A DNA stretch of 64,000 nt. Origin: an uncultured Acidobacteriota bacterium (GTDB lineage: Bacteria > Actinomycetota > Acidimicrobiia > Spongiisociales > ZC4RG35). The notes beneath the pieces were generated by a model, which was not told the DNA's origin, made no database searches, and saw only the letters and a list, made by a program, of their open reading frames with translations. The stretch is from NCBI GenBank assembly GCA_963734115.1, contig CAVTFV010000015.1, positions 2,481 through 66,480 on the forward strand, read 5' to 3'. The position numbers and the translations under genes are program-made. This document shows, piece after piece, positions 33,909 through 43,355 of this stretch (its first letter is position 1; each line of letters opens with the position of its first letter).

Positions 33909-34352
33909 ATGGAAGAGGGCCGCAGACTGCCGGGCTGGGTGTTGCCCGTCGTCGGCGTCGGCGCGGTGATTGCCCTGGTGCTCATCGGGCTCAACCGCGA
34001 ACCGGAGCAATACGATCCCGAATCTCCCGAGGGAGTGGTCCAGTCGTACATCGCGGCATTGGTCGATGGAGATTTCGAGACCGCCGCAACATTTTGGGCA
34101 GAGGGCGATTGTCTCCCCGCTTCCATCGAGCCGACGGGGGGAGCACCTGACATCTCGGCCACCCTGGTCAGTGTCGATGGGGGTGATGACGAAGCCACGG
34201 TCGTCATCGGCATCACCGATAACACCACAGACCCACTCAACGGCATCTACGAATTCGAGGAATGGTTCACCCTCGTGAATCAGGACGATGCCTGGAAGAT
34301 CCGCCAGCTGGCCTGGCCCTATTGGGACCAGATCTGCGAGGTGCCGTCTTGA
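33909..34352 (+). CDS. Membrane-anchored hypothetical protein (NTF2-like)
   Basis: N-terminal TM, SPEGVVQSY, FTLV...WKI...WP; coupled to next gene. Confidence 0.7.
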   Translation: MEEGRRLPGWVLPVVGVGAVIALVLIGLNREPEQYDPESPEGVVQSYIAALVDGDFETAATFWAEGDCLPASIEPTGGAPDISATLVSVDGGDDEATVVIGITDNTTDPLNGIYEFEEWFTLVNQDDAWKIRQLAWPYWDQICEVPS

Positions 34353-35971
34353 GCATCGAAGTGCTCGCCGTTCTTGTCTTCGTGGTGGTGGTGGGCGCGG
34401 TCATCGCGGTGGTGGTGCGGGTGGTCCGAGGTCGGGACAAACAGGAGGAAGAGGGTGGTCTCGACCTGATCCCCTATCTCATCCTCGCCGTCGCCATGGG
34501 TACTGCCGGGTTCTCCTTGGCGGCTCTGGCCAGGGCCAGCCTCAGCCCCGATCGGCTCATCGGGCGACCCACGGGCGAGCTCGCCGGTGCCTTGGCCGGT
34601 CTCGTTGTGGCCGGGCCAATCGCCTATCTGCTGTGGCGTCGGCAGGCCAGACGGAGAAAAGCGTTCCCCGATGCCCCGGGGTGGCCGGTCTATCTGGCCC
34701 TCATAGAGCTCGTTTTCCTGACTGCCTTCCTGACCGCAGTGGCCCAGCTGGCCGGTTTTCTCGCCGGAGACGTCGAACGGGCTGGATGGACTGATCTGTT
34801 GATCTACGGGGGGATCGTCGTCTTCCACTGGTGGGTCGAGCGACGTGAACCGACCCGAGGTGACACGATGGACCTCCCCCGCCTCGTCGGGACCGGAGTC
34901 GCTCTGGTCGCCCTGACCATCGGTCTCATCGGCACGCTGGAATGGCTCTTCTCGGTCGTCTATGACGCTTTGTCCGGGGCCGGCGAGATCTCCGACCCGG
35001 CGGTCCCGATCGCCCTCGCCGGCGCGGGTGGTGCGATCTGGGCCTGGCGATGGCTTCCGGTCTGGGACGAGAAGCCCAACGTTCTCCGCAACTTCTATCT
35101 CGGGTTCGTGACCGCCATCTCCCTGACCATGGCCATCGCGGCCGGGGTGACCATGATCGCGACGCTGTTGACGTTCGTGTTCGGTGAGGCCGGACCGACG
35201 GAGGGCCTTTTCGACGACTTGCCTTTGGCCCTGGCTTTCTTCTTCGTTGGCGTCGCACTTTGGTATCACCACGGCCACCGACTCGGTCCGGGCCGAACCG
35301 GGGCACGACGGGGCTACGAGTACGCGATGACGGCCGTGGGTCTCGGTGCCCTCGTCGGATCCACCACCGCCCTGGTGGATACCGCTTTCACGCCGACCCT
35401 GGCCGGCACCAACAGCGGAGCGGCGATGATCGCCCTCGGCTGCGCCGTGATCGCGGCCGGATGGGTCTGGCTCACTTTCTGGCGGAAGGCGCAGGGGGCG
35501 CCACGCGGCGAGGAGGCCCGTGCCCTGCCCCGTCGCATCTACCTGATAGGGATGGCCATCATCCTGGGTCTGACCGCTGCCGGAGCCTTGATCGCGACAC
35601 TTGTCGTGGTATTTCGAGCGCTCCTTGGCGAGATCGAAGCCGACGCCGACAGTCTGCGGGTTCCGGTCACACTGACCCTGACGGCGGGACTTGCCACCTG
35701 GCACCTGTTCGATCAGATTCGCTCCGACGGCGCCGGGGCGAGGAGTGCCCGGTCGAGGCCCTTCGATGTGACAGTCATCTGCTCCCATCCGGGAACACTC
35801 GCCACCCTGTTCCCCGATGAGGCCCGGGTCAGGGTCATCTATCGGGGAGACGGGGCGGGGACCATCGACGAGGAGATGGCCACGGCAATCGTCGCCGCTA
35901 TCGATGGCCGCTCTTCCCTGGTGTGGGTTGACGAGGACGGTTTCAGGATGGCCGCAGCAAGGGAGTCCTGA
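34349..35971 (+). CDS. Polytopic membrane protein (DUF5671-like repeats)
   Basis: Repeated three-helix units (W..H, RR.Y.Y), about 14 TM, short soluble tail. Confidence 0.7.
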   Translation: MSIEVLAVLVFVVVVGAVIAVVVRVVRGRDKQEEEGGLDLIPYLILAVAMGTAGFSLAALARASLSPDRLIGRPTGELAGALAGLVVAGPIAYLLWRRQARRRKAFPDAPGWPVYLALIELVFLTAFLTAVAQLAGFLAGDVERAGWTDLLIYGGIVVFHWWVERREPTRGDTMDLPRLVGTGVALVALTIGLIGTLEWLFSVVYDALSGAGEISDPAVPIALAGAGGAIWAWRWLPVWDEKPNVLRNFYLGFVTAISLTMAIAAGVTMIATLLTFVFGEAGPTEGLFDDLPLALAFFFVGVALWYHHGHRLGPGRTGARRGYEYAMTAVGLGALVGSTTALVDTAFTPTLAGTNSGAAMIALGCAVIAAGWVWLTFWRKAQGAPRGEEARALPRRIYLIGMAIILGLTAAGALIATLVVVFRALLGEIEADADSLRVPVTLTLTAGLATWHLFDQIRSDGAGARSARSRPFDVTVICSHPGTLATLFPDEARVRVIYRGDGAGTIDEEMATAIVAAIDGRSSLVWVDEDGFRMAAARES

Positions 35972-35996
35972 TCGCATCCGAACCCGCACGATTACG

Positions 35997-36563
35997 ATGA
36001 GTTGGCTCGCCGAGAAGTGGCTCAAATGGCGAGGTTGGCGGTTCATGCGCGAGATGCCCGACCAGGACAAGTTTGTCCTCATCGGCGCCCCACACACCAG
36101 CAACTGGGACTTCATTCTCTATCTGGGGGCGATCCGGCACTGGGGGATCTCACCCCGATTCGTGGGCAAGCACACGCTTTTCCGTTGGCCCTTCGGCTAC
36201 TTCTTCAGGAAGTTCGGCGGCATCCCGGTCGACCGCGATCGGCCCGGGGGCATGGTGGGCCAGGTCGTGGAGGAATTCGAGAAGTCGCCTCGAATGATCC
36301 TCGTGGTCGCGCCCGAGGGGACGCGCAAGGCCGTCCCCTTCTGGAAGTCGGGCTTCGCCCGAATCGCAGCCGCGGCCAAGGTTCCAATCGTTCCGGTGGT
36401 TCTCGATTTCCCGGCGAAGACGCTGACCCTCGGTGACCCGATCCACTACTTCGGCGACGTAACGGCACTCATGGACCAACTCCGCCTCGTCTTCGAGCCC
36501 GGCGTAGGCAAGGACTGGGAGGGCAAAGGGCCGATCCGGCTCAAGGAGGAGGACTCAGTCTGA
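35997..36563 (+). CDS. Lysophospholipid acyltransferase family protein
   Basis: APHTSNWD, GGIPVDR, APEGTRK, WKSGF. Confidence 0.9.
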   Translation: MSWLAEKWLKWRGWRFMREMPDQDKFVLIGAPHTSNWDFILYLGAIRHWGISPRFVGKHTLFRWPFGYFFRKFGGIPVDRDRPGGMVGQVVEEFEKSPRMILVVAPEGTRKAVPFWKSGFARIAAAAKVPIVPVVLDFPAKTLTLGDPIHYFGDVTALMDQLRLVFEPGVGKDWEGKGPIRLKEEDSV

Positions 36564-37784
36564 GTGCTCGGCGAGCCGTCTGAACTCCTCCGGGGTGACG
36601 CCGCGATCTGGGGCGGACCCCAACTTGAGCAAGTCTCTGCCGAATCGCTCCCTGATCCCGTCCACCGACGCATCGATGGCTCGACGCTTGAGGTCGAGCC
36701 CACTGCCGGCGCGGAGGACATCGCCGGGGTCCAACTCCAGAACGAGCTGGAGATAGTCGTCCGTGGTGAGATGGGACAGCGACATGCCGACGAGGGTCAC
36801 CGGCTCCTCTTCGCCTTCGATTGCCCGCCGGAGCAGGACCCCGCCCAACTCGGCCAGGGCGGCCGTCGAGGAGGTCGGGGAGGGGAGAGTGTGGCTGCGC
36901 GATACCAGGCGAGGCCCGGGGAACCTCACCCGAACTGTCAGGGTCGAACCTGACCGCTCCTTCTTCCGGGCACGTCGCCCGATCCGGTCGGCGAGCCCGA
37001 GCACCACTACGGATAGCTCATCAGGGTCGGTCATACCTCGACCAAGTGCCTGCTGGCTGCCGACACTGCCTGCCCGTCGTCCCCCGCGGACGATCCTCGG
37101 GTCCCGATTCCAGGCCAGGGCATGAAGACTGCCCGAGGCCCACGGGCCGAGCGAGGAGGAGAGGGCGCCCGATGGCAAGGCGGCAAGATCTCCGATGGTG
37201 CAGATCCCGAAGCGATGGAGTCGCGCCGCAGTGACCCGCCCTACCCCCCACATTGCCTCCACAGGCAGGGGGTGGAGAAAGTCGAGCTCGGTGCCGGGCG
37301 CCACCACCACCAGCCCGTTCGGCTTGGCCCGGGCCGATGCGATCTTGGCCAGGAACTTGGTGGAGGCGACTCCGACCGAGATGGGAAGCCCCACCTCGTC
37401 AGCGACGCGGGACCGGATCTGGCGAGCGATGGCAGATGGTGACCCGAGGAGGTGAGTGGTCCCGCTGACATCGAGGAAGGCCTCATCGATCGATATCTGC
37501 TCGATGACCGGGGATGCGTCCTCGAGGACCGCCATGACGTGGGAGGACAGATCGAGGTATCTCTCGAAGTGCCCGTTGACGACGATCGCCTCGGGGCACA
37601 GCCGTTTTGCATCACGGGTCGGCATGGGTGAGCGGACCCCGTACGCCCTGGCCTCGTATGACGCGGCGAGGACGATCCCGCCCCCGACCAGGACCGGCTT
37701 CCCTCTGAGCGACGGGTCGAGGAGTTGCTCGACCGAGGCGAAGAAGGCATCGAGATCGGCATGGAGAATCGTTGGCTCTCCCAT
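36555..37784 (-). CDS. dinB: DNA polymerase IV
   Basis: ILHADLDAFFASVEQ, AASYEAR, SIDEAFLD, LAKIAS...KPNG. Confidence 0.94.
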   Translation of the reverse strand: MGEPTILHADLDAFFASVEQLLDPSLRGKPVLVGGGIVLAASYEARAYGVRSPMPTRDAKRLCPEAIVVNGHFERYLDLSSHVMAVLEDASPVIEQISIDEAFLDVSGTTHLLGSPSAIARQIRSRVADEVGLPISVGVASTKFLAKIASARAKPNGLVVVAPGTELDFLHPLPVEAMWGVGRVTAARLHRFGICTIGDLAALPSGALSSSLGPWASGSLHALAWNRDPRIVRGGRRAGSVGSQQALGRGMTDPDELSVVVLGLADRIGRRARKKERSGSTLTVRVRFPGPRLVSRSHTLPSPTSSTAALAELGGVLLRRAIEGEEEPVTLVGMSLSHLTTDDYLQLVLELDPGDVLRAGSGLDLKRRAIDASVDGIRERFGRDLLKLGSAPDRGVTPEEFRRLAEHSD

Positions 37785-37848
37785 AGCGGTCAGTATGCCG
37801 GGTGTCAGGGACAGCTATCCCGGCCCCGGCTTCCCATACGATGCCGAG

Positions 37849-38763
37849 ATGAAAGTGCTCTTCACCGGTGCCACCGGAGTGGTTGGCCGCGTCGCCGTGC
37901 CGCTGCTGGTGGCAGCGGGTCACGACGTCACCGCGGTAGGCCGATCAGATGAGGGCCGGGATTGGCTAAATCGTGTCGGCGCCCGGCCAATCGATGTCGA
38001 CCTCTTCGATGAGGACGAAGTGGACGCGGCGACGTGTGACACCGATGCAATCATCCATTTCGCCACGAAGATCCCTTCGCTTGCATTGATGGTCAAAGTC
38101 GAGCCCTGGCACATGAATGACGAGCTGAGGGACCGGGCGACCGGCCTCCTCGTCGATGCCGCCCGCGCCAACGGCGTCGGGAGGTTCATCCAGCAGTCCA
38201 TCACCTTCCTCTATGCCGATGGCGGGAGCGATTGGCTGGACGAGACGGCTCCGATCGACACATCGTTCACGCCACTGGCGTCGGCGATCCAGGCCGAAGA
38301 GCATGTCGGAAGGTTCCGCGACGGCGGTGGGGTGGGCGTTTCCCTGCGAATGGCTCGCCTCTACGGGCCAGGCGAAGTGTCCAGAGAGTATGTCGAGGCG
38401 ATGAGAACGCGTGAGATCCCGGTGGTCGGCCGTGGCGCCAACTATGTGTCGAGTCTCCACATCGAGGACGCCGCCACGGCAGTCGCCACGGCATTGGATG
38501 CCCCCGACGGCACCTACAACGTCGGCGACGACGAACCAGTGACATCACTGGTGTACATCAGCACGTTGGCGGAGTTGCTGTCCGCCCCCAAGCCACGACG
38601 AATCCCCAGCGCCGCCGTGCAGATGGCGCTGGGCAAGGCGTCTTCGCTGCTCCGGCCATCACAGCGGGTGTCGAACCGCAAATTCCGGGAAACCACCGGC
38701 TGGGCCCCGAGCCGACCCACGGTGGTCGACGGCTGGCGCGACGTCGTGACCCGGGCCGACTGA
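37849..38763 (+). CDS. NAD-dependent epimerase/dehydratase family
   Basis: TGATGVVG, LYGPG, LHIEDAA, YNVGDDEP. Confidence 0.88.
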   Translation: MKVLFTGATGVVGRVAVPLLVAAGHDVTAVGRSDEGRDWLNRVGARPIDVDLFDEDEVDAATCDTDAIIHFATKIPSLALMVKVEPWHMNDELRDRATGLLVDAARANGVGRFIQQSITFLYADGGSDWLDETAPIDTSFTPLASAIQAEEHVGRFRDGGGVGVSLRMARLYGPGEVSREYVEAMRTREIPVVGRGANYVSSLHIEDAATAVATALDAPDGTYNVGDDEPVTSLVYISTLAELLSAPKPRRIPSAAVQMALGKASSLLRPSQRVSNRKFRETTGWAPSRPTVVDGWRDVVTRAD

Positions 38764-38773
38764 GCCCCGGGGC

Positions 38774-40282
38774 TCAGTCGCCGGCGGCGAGACCCTTCAA
38801 TGCTCTCCGATCGACCTTGCCCAAGTGTGTCTGGGGAAGACGGTCGACGAAATGGATACGCCGGGGGTGTTTGTAGGCCTCGAGATGAGAGAGGGCCCAG
38901 TCGGTGAGCTGGGCCTCGGTGACACCCGACGCCACCACGAATGCGACCGGCTTGGCCAGACCCGCCTCGTCGCTGATTGCCACCACTGCGCACTCTCCAA
39001 CCGCCGGGTGGTCGAGGAGGACCGATTCGACCTCCTGAGGCCGGAACCATCGTCCCTTGACTTTGATGGCGTCATCGGCCCGCCCCCGATGGGTCACATA
39101 GCGATCGTCATCGATCGAGACCAGGTCGCCACCGGCGAACCACTCGCCCCGGAAGGCCTCCGCCGTGGCCTCGGGGTTCTCGAAGTAGCCCAGACCGAGT
39201 GAGTCACCCTTGACCCACAGCCGGCCCACCTCGCCTGCAGGCAGCTCATCACCGTCGTCGTCGCATACCTTGATCTCGAAACCCGGAACGACCGTCCCGA
39301 GAGTGCTTGGTCTTACCTCGCCAATGCGGTTCGAGACGAAGATGTGCCACATCTCAGCGGTCCCGAGGCCATCGAGCAACTCGATTCCGAACCGCTCCGT
39401 CCACTGGTGATAGAGCGTGTCCGGCAGCGCCTCACCGGCCGATGTCGCGACGCGAAGAGATGTCATGTCCCGATTGGCGGCTTGGGGATGGGCCAGCATC
39501 TGGTTGATGGCCGACGGCACGTTGACCAGCAGCGTCGCCCGGTGCCTCTCGATCCGGTCGAACAGGGCGTCCGGCGTCGACTGATCCGAGAACAGCACCG
39601 CCGAGGCGCCCACGGAGAACGGGAAGAACAGATTGGACCCCATCGCATACCCGAAATACAGCTTGGGAACGGCGATGGTGACGTCCTCCGCGGTCAACTC
39701 CAGAGTCCCCTTTCCATAGAGCTCGGTGGTGTTGGCGAACGAGCGATGGGTCTGCACCACGGCCTTGGGAAGACCGGTGGTGCCACCGGAGAAGATCCAC
39801 AGGGCGGGGTCGAGGGCGGCGGTGTCGAAGGTGGGGATGTCCACGTCGGGGAGGTGCAGGTCACCGTCGACGACGACGGGCGGCATCGAGATCCCGGCGG
39901 AGTCGATCGCCGCCTCGAGGTGATGGCGATGACTCTCATGGACGACCGCTCCCTTCGCCCGGGCCAGGCCGGCGATTGCTGCCAGGTCGCCCGGAATCAG
40001 GCCCGGATTGAGCAGCAGGCCCACCGCTCCGAGACGGAACACTCCGAATAGAGCGGCGACGTATTCGAGCCCGTCGGGCATGACCAGGAGCACACGGTCC
40101 CCGGCCTCGACCCCCCCGTCTCTGAGCAGGGAGGCGAATCCCGACGCGGCGTGATCCACCTCTGCGTAAGTGACATCTCGATCGTCGAGGCGAAGGGCGA
40201 CCCGATCGCCGTTCCCCTCCGTCAGACGCTGTCGCAACAGATACTCGTCGATGTTGAGGCGGTCCGGCCAGCGCCTGGTCAC
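38774..40282 (-). CDS. Benzoate-CoA ligase family (aryl-CoA ligase)
   Basis: FSGGTTGLPK, KLYFGYAMG, SAGEALP, LDGLGTAEMWHIF, GRADD. Confidence 0.87.
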   Translation of the reverse strand: MTRRWPDRLNIDEYLLRQRLTEGNGDRVALRLDDRDVTYAEVDHAASGFASLLRDGGVEAGDRVLLVMPDGLEYVAALFGVFRLGAVGLLLNPGLIPGDLAAIAGLARAKGAVVHESHRHHLEAAIDSAGISMPPVVVDGDLHLPDVDIPTFDTAALDPALWIFSGGTTGLPKAVVQTHRSFANTTELYGKGTLELTAEDVTIAVPKLYFGYAMGSNLFFPFSVGASAVLFSDQSTPDALFDRIERHRATLLVNVPSAINQMLAHPQAANRDMTSLRVATSAGEALPDTLYHQWTERFGIELLDGLGTAEMWHIFVSNRIGEVRPSTLGTVVPGFEIKVCDDDGDELPAGEVGRLWVKGDSLGLGYFENPEATAEAFRGEWFAGGDLVSIDDDRYVTHRGRADDAIKVKGRWFRPQEVESVLLDHPAVGECAVVAISDEAGLAKPVAFVVASGVTEAQLTDWALSHLEAYKHPRRIHFVDRLPQTHLGKVDRRALKGLAAGD

Positions 40283-40302
40283 AGACGGACGCTACAGCGC
40301 GG

Positions 40303-41052
40303 TCAGGAGGATGCCTGCTCCCTCGGATCGAACCGATACGGCAGCTCGAGACGATGGGTCTTCATCAAGACTTCGTCGGTGAGGATCTCGACAGTTGAGT
40401 CGCTCGCCACGATGACCCCTTCGTCCATGACGAGGGCGCGAGGGCACAACTCCAATGCGAACGGGAGATCGTGGGTGACGACCAGCTGCGTGATCGGAAG
40501 GCCACCCAGCACATCGATGAGCTCCCGACGGGAGGCTGGGTCCAGATTCGACGTCGGCTCGTCGAGGACCAGGATCTCGGGACGCATCGCCAGGACGGTG
40601 GCGATGGCCACCCGCCGTCTCTCCCCGTAGCTGAGATGATGAGGGGCCCGTTCCCGGGCCTCCAGCATCGAGACGGCTCCCAGGGCCTCCGCGACCAGTG
40701 CTTCGAGCTGCTCGCCCTCGACGCCGAAATTGGCAGGCCCGAATGCGACGTCCTGGCCCACCGTTGGCATGAAGAGTTGGTCGTCAGGGTCCTGAAACAC
40801 GAGTCCAACTCTTCGCCGTACCTCCAGGGCCGAATCCTCGGAGACAACGAGCCCGGCAACCCGCACCTCGCCGGAGGCCGGTCGGAGAATCCCGTTCAGA
40901 TGGAGGAGAACGGTGGTCTTGCCTGCCCCGTTAGGTCCGAGCAGGGCCACCCGCTCGCCGTGGTGCACGTGCAGATCGACGTTGCGGAGCGCCTGACGGC
41001 CGTCGGGATAAGCGAAGCTGAGATCGATGACCTCGAGAGACGGTTCGCTCAT
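40303..41052 (-). CDS. cbiO: ECF transporter ATPase (Co/Ni)
   Basis: GPNGAGKTT, VFQDPDDQLF, LSYGE, LDEPT. Confidence 0.88.
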   Translation of the reverse strand: MSEPSLEVIDLSFAYPDGRQALRNVDLHVHHGERVALLGPNGAGKTTVLLHLNGILRPASGEVRVAGLVVSEDSALEVRRRVGLVFQDPDDQLFMPTVGQDVAFGPANFGVEGEQLEALVAEALGAVSMLEARERAPHHLSYGERRRVAIATVLAMRPEILVLDEPTSNLDPASRRELIDVLGGLPITQLVVTHDLPFALELCPRALVMDEGVIVASDSTVEILTDEVLMKTHRLELPYRFDPREQASS

Positions 41053-41795
41053 CGCAGCACCGTCACCGAGAGAATGGCAAGGACGACAGCCATGAGCGGC
41101 ACCGCGAGACCGATCCACCATTCCCGGGTGGTAGCCGGTCGATCGCCGAAGACAGGCATCCTGCCGGTGAATCCTCTCGCCACCATCGCCTGGTGGACAC
41201 GCTCACCTCGCTCGAACGATCGGATGAAGAGCGACCCGGCTGACTGTGCCAGCGGCCCGTTCTGCCACAACCAGCGCGGCTCGTATCCCCGGGCGACCAT
41301 GGCCACGCGGCGCCGGGAGAACTCACCGGCGACGATGTCCAGGTAGCGCACCATGAAGCCGGCGATGGCGGTGAGAACCCGGGGCACCCGGATCCGGTCC
41401 AAGCCACGGAGGATGTCAGGAATCGTGGTGGTCGCGGAGACGACGATCGAAGCCCCCACTCCAAGAGTTGCCTTGGCGAGGATGGTCCACGCCCCCCACA
41501 GCCCCTCGACCGAGAGTGTGAGCCCGAGCACCTCGGTGGTCTCCCCTTGTCCGAAGAAAGGCAGCATCAGAGCGAAGAGCAGGATCGGGACCTCCACCAG
41601 CATCCTCCTGGCCACGAATCCCGCCGGCAGCTCGGCGACGATCATCACCCCGACGAGGAGGCACCCGGCCAGGAAGTAAGCCCAGATCGCTTCGGGTGGC
41701 ATCACCACCACAGCGAGGACGAAGACCAGAAGCGCCACGACCTTGACTTGTGCCGGTAGCTGGTGGACCGGTGTGGTCCCGTGCCGGTACAGCAC
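41049..41795 (-). CDS. cbiQ: ECF transporter T component (Co/Ni)
   Basis: FMVRY, AMVARG, LFIRSFERGERVHQAMVARGF. Confidence 0.88.
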   Translation of the reverse strand: MLYRHGTTPVHQLPAQVKVVALLVFVLAVVVMPPEAIWAYFLAGCLLVGVMIVAELPAGFVARRMLVEVPILLFALMLPFFGQGETTEVLGLTLSVEGLWGAWTILAKATLGVGASIVVSATTTIPDILRGLDRIRVPRVLTAIAGFMVRYLDIVAGEFSRRRVAMVARGYEPRWLWQNGPLAQSAGSLFIRSFERGERVHQAMVARGFTGRMPVFGDRPATTREWWIGLAVPLMAVVLAILSVTVLR

Positions 41796-41815
41796 GTGGT
41801 CGTGATATGTCCCGC

Positions 41816-42805
41816 TCAGACTCGGGTCGCGCTCTTTCTTCTGATCACCACGAACGCGCCGACGATGGCGGCGCCCACACCAAAGGTGACCAGGACTCCG
41901 ACCAGGCCGGAGAGGCGAGTACCGGTCGCCTCGTCCTCGATACCCGAGACCTCGTAGTCAGCCAGTGGCGATTCTGTCAGGGCGTGATCCTCGGCCGAGT
42001 CGATGAATCCCTGGTCGATGGCCACCCGCTCCAACCCATCGGGCTCTCCAGAGGCCAGAGGCGCGACTACCAGAACCAGCATGGCGGCTACCGCCAAACC
42101 GGCCGCCGCAAAGCCCCACGCCCCGGCCCGGACCGGCTTCTTCTCCTTGTCGAGGAGATCGAGATCCTCGACGCCGGCGATCAGTTCCGGCCGGGTGGCA
42201 GCCACGGCGCCCACTGTCGCCGCCGAGATGAGACCCTCACCGACACCGATCAAGAAATGGACTCCGGTCATAGCCGCGAGGACCGTCGCCAGGTCGACAT
42301 TGCCCCGACCCCCGATGGCGTACTCGAGGACGAACGCGAGAGACGAGGCGACCACCGAGGCCAGGGCGGCGGTGAAGGTCGATACCAGGACCGTGGTCCA
42401 TGACCTGGGGAGGGTCTTCACCATCACCCTGAACACAACCCAGCCGACGAAACCGGTCACCAGGGCCATGTTGAGGATGTTGGCTCCCAGAGCCGAGACG
42501 CCGCCATCGGCGAGCACGAGAGCCTGGATGATCACCACCACGCTGACTGCGGTGATGCCCAGCCAGGGTCCGACCAGGATCACGGCGAGGGCACCACCAA
42601 GGAGATGTCCCGAGGTGCCGGCCGCCACGGGGAAGTTGAGCATCTGGAGGGCGAAGATGAACGCGGCGACCAGACCCGTCAGGGCGATGCGGCTCTCCTG
42701 GAGATACGCGCCCGCCCGTTTGATGGAGTATCCGAGGCCACCGGCGGCTATGACCGCTGTACCCGCCGATGTTGCACCATTGAGAAATCCGTCCGGGATA
42801 TGCAA
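41816..42805 (-). CDS. cbiM: ECF Co/Ni S component fused to PDGLE domain (CbiMN/NikMN)
   Basis: N-terminal (M)HIPDGFL, GTSGHLLGG, ADGG, ASGEPDGLE; TTG start with GAGGA RBS. Confidence 0.9.
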   Translation of the reverse strand: MHIPDGFLNGATSAGTAVIAAGGLGYSIKRAGAYLQESRIALTGLVAAFIFALQMLNFPVAAGTSGHLLGGALAVILVGPWLGITAVSVVVIIQALVLADGGVSALGANILNMALVTGFVGWVVFRVMVKTLPRSWTTVLVSTFTAALASVVASSLAFVLEYAIGGRGNVDLATVLAAMTGVHFLIGVGEGLISAATVGAVAATRPELIAGVEDLDLLDKEKKPVRAGAWGFAAAGLAVAAMLVLVVAPLASGEPDGLERVAIDQGFIDSAEDHALTESPLADYEVSGIEDEATGTRLSGLVGVLVTFGVGAAIVGAFVVIRRKSATRV

Positions 42806-42818
42806 GACCAGTCCTCTC

Positions 42819-42835
42819 TTGCAACCTTGTCGCAA
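42819..42835. promoter_or_regulatory. Nur-type operator upstream of cbiM
   Basis: TTGCAA-N5-TCGCAA, just downstream of minus-strand -10 TAGCCT (42838-42843). Confidence 0.7.
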
Positions 42836-42853
42836 CAAGGCTAGCGGAGTGGA

Positions 42854-43297
42854 TCAGAGGGTGTTCCTGGATGCGCAGTCGACGCAGAGACCGGATAGGG
42901 CGAAGTGGTTCAAATCGGCGACGAATCCGGTGGCCACAGTGATGGCGGCTGCCAGGTTCTGGCTCTCCTCCGGGGGAAGTGTGATGGTCGTCCCACAACG
43001 GCGACAGATCAGATGCTGATGACCGGCATCCTCGGCCAAGTGGTAGACCGACGGGCCATGACCCATGTGCGAGTGGGCGAGCAGACCCGAATCCTCTAGC
43101 GCCTCGAGAGTCCGATACACGGTGGAACGGTCGAGACGGGTCCCACTCTTGGCCCGCGCCCGGTCGTAGATGTCGGCGGCGCTCAGATGCTCGTCGTGAG
43201 CAGCCGCGACCACTTCGCAGACGGCACGTCGGGCGTTGGTGATCCGATATCCCCGATCGCTCAGCGCGTCAACCAGCTTGTCGGCTGTGATGTGCAC
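42854..43297 (-). CDS. Fur family regulator (probably Nur-like)
   Basis: GYRITNARR, STVYRTL, HSH, HQHLICRRCG, HF...GLCVDC. Confidence 0.88.
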   Translation of the reverse strand: MHITADKLVDALSDRGYRITNARRAVCEVVAAAHDEHLSAADIYDRARAKSGTRLDRSTVYRTLEALEDSGLLAHSHMGHGPSVYHLAEDAGHQHLICRRCGTTITLPPEESQNLAAAITVATGFVADLNHFALSGLCVDCASRNTL

Positions 43298-43355
43298 CGG
43301 GAACAGGCTAAGCGCGGCCCGTGACTCGCCATAAGGCGCGGCTAGGTTGCCGCCA

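Noticed and set aside
34319-36115. Long antisense or alternate-frame ORFs (598 aa here; also 9087-10349, 45099-46823, 59821-60996)
   Set aside because: Shadow ORFs typical of high-GC coding DNA; they overlap well-supported genes and show no motifs.
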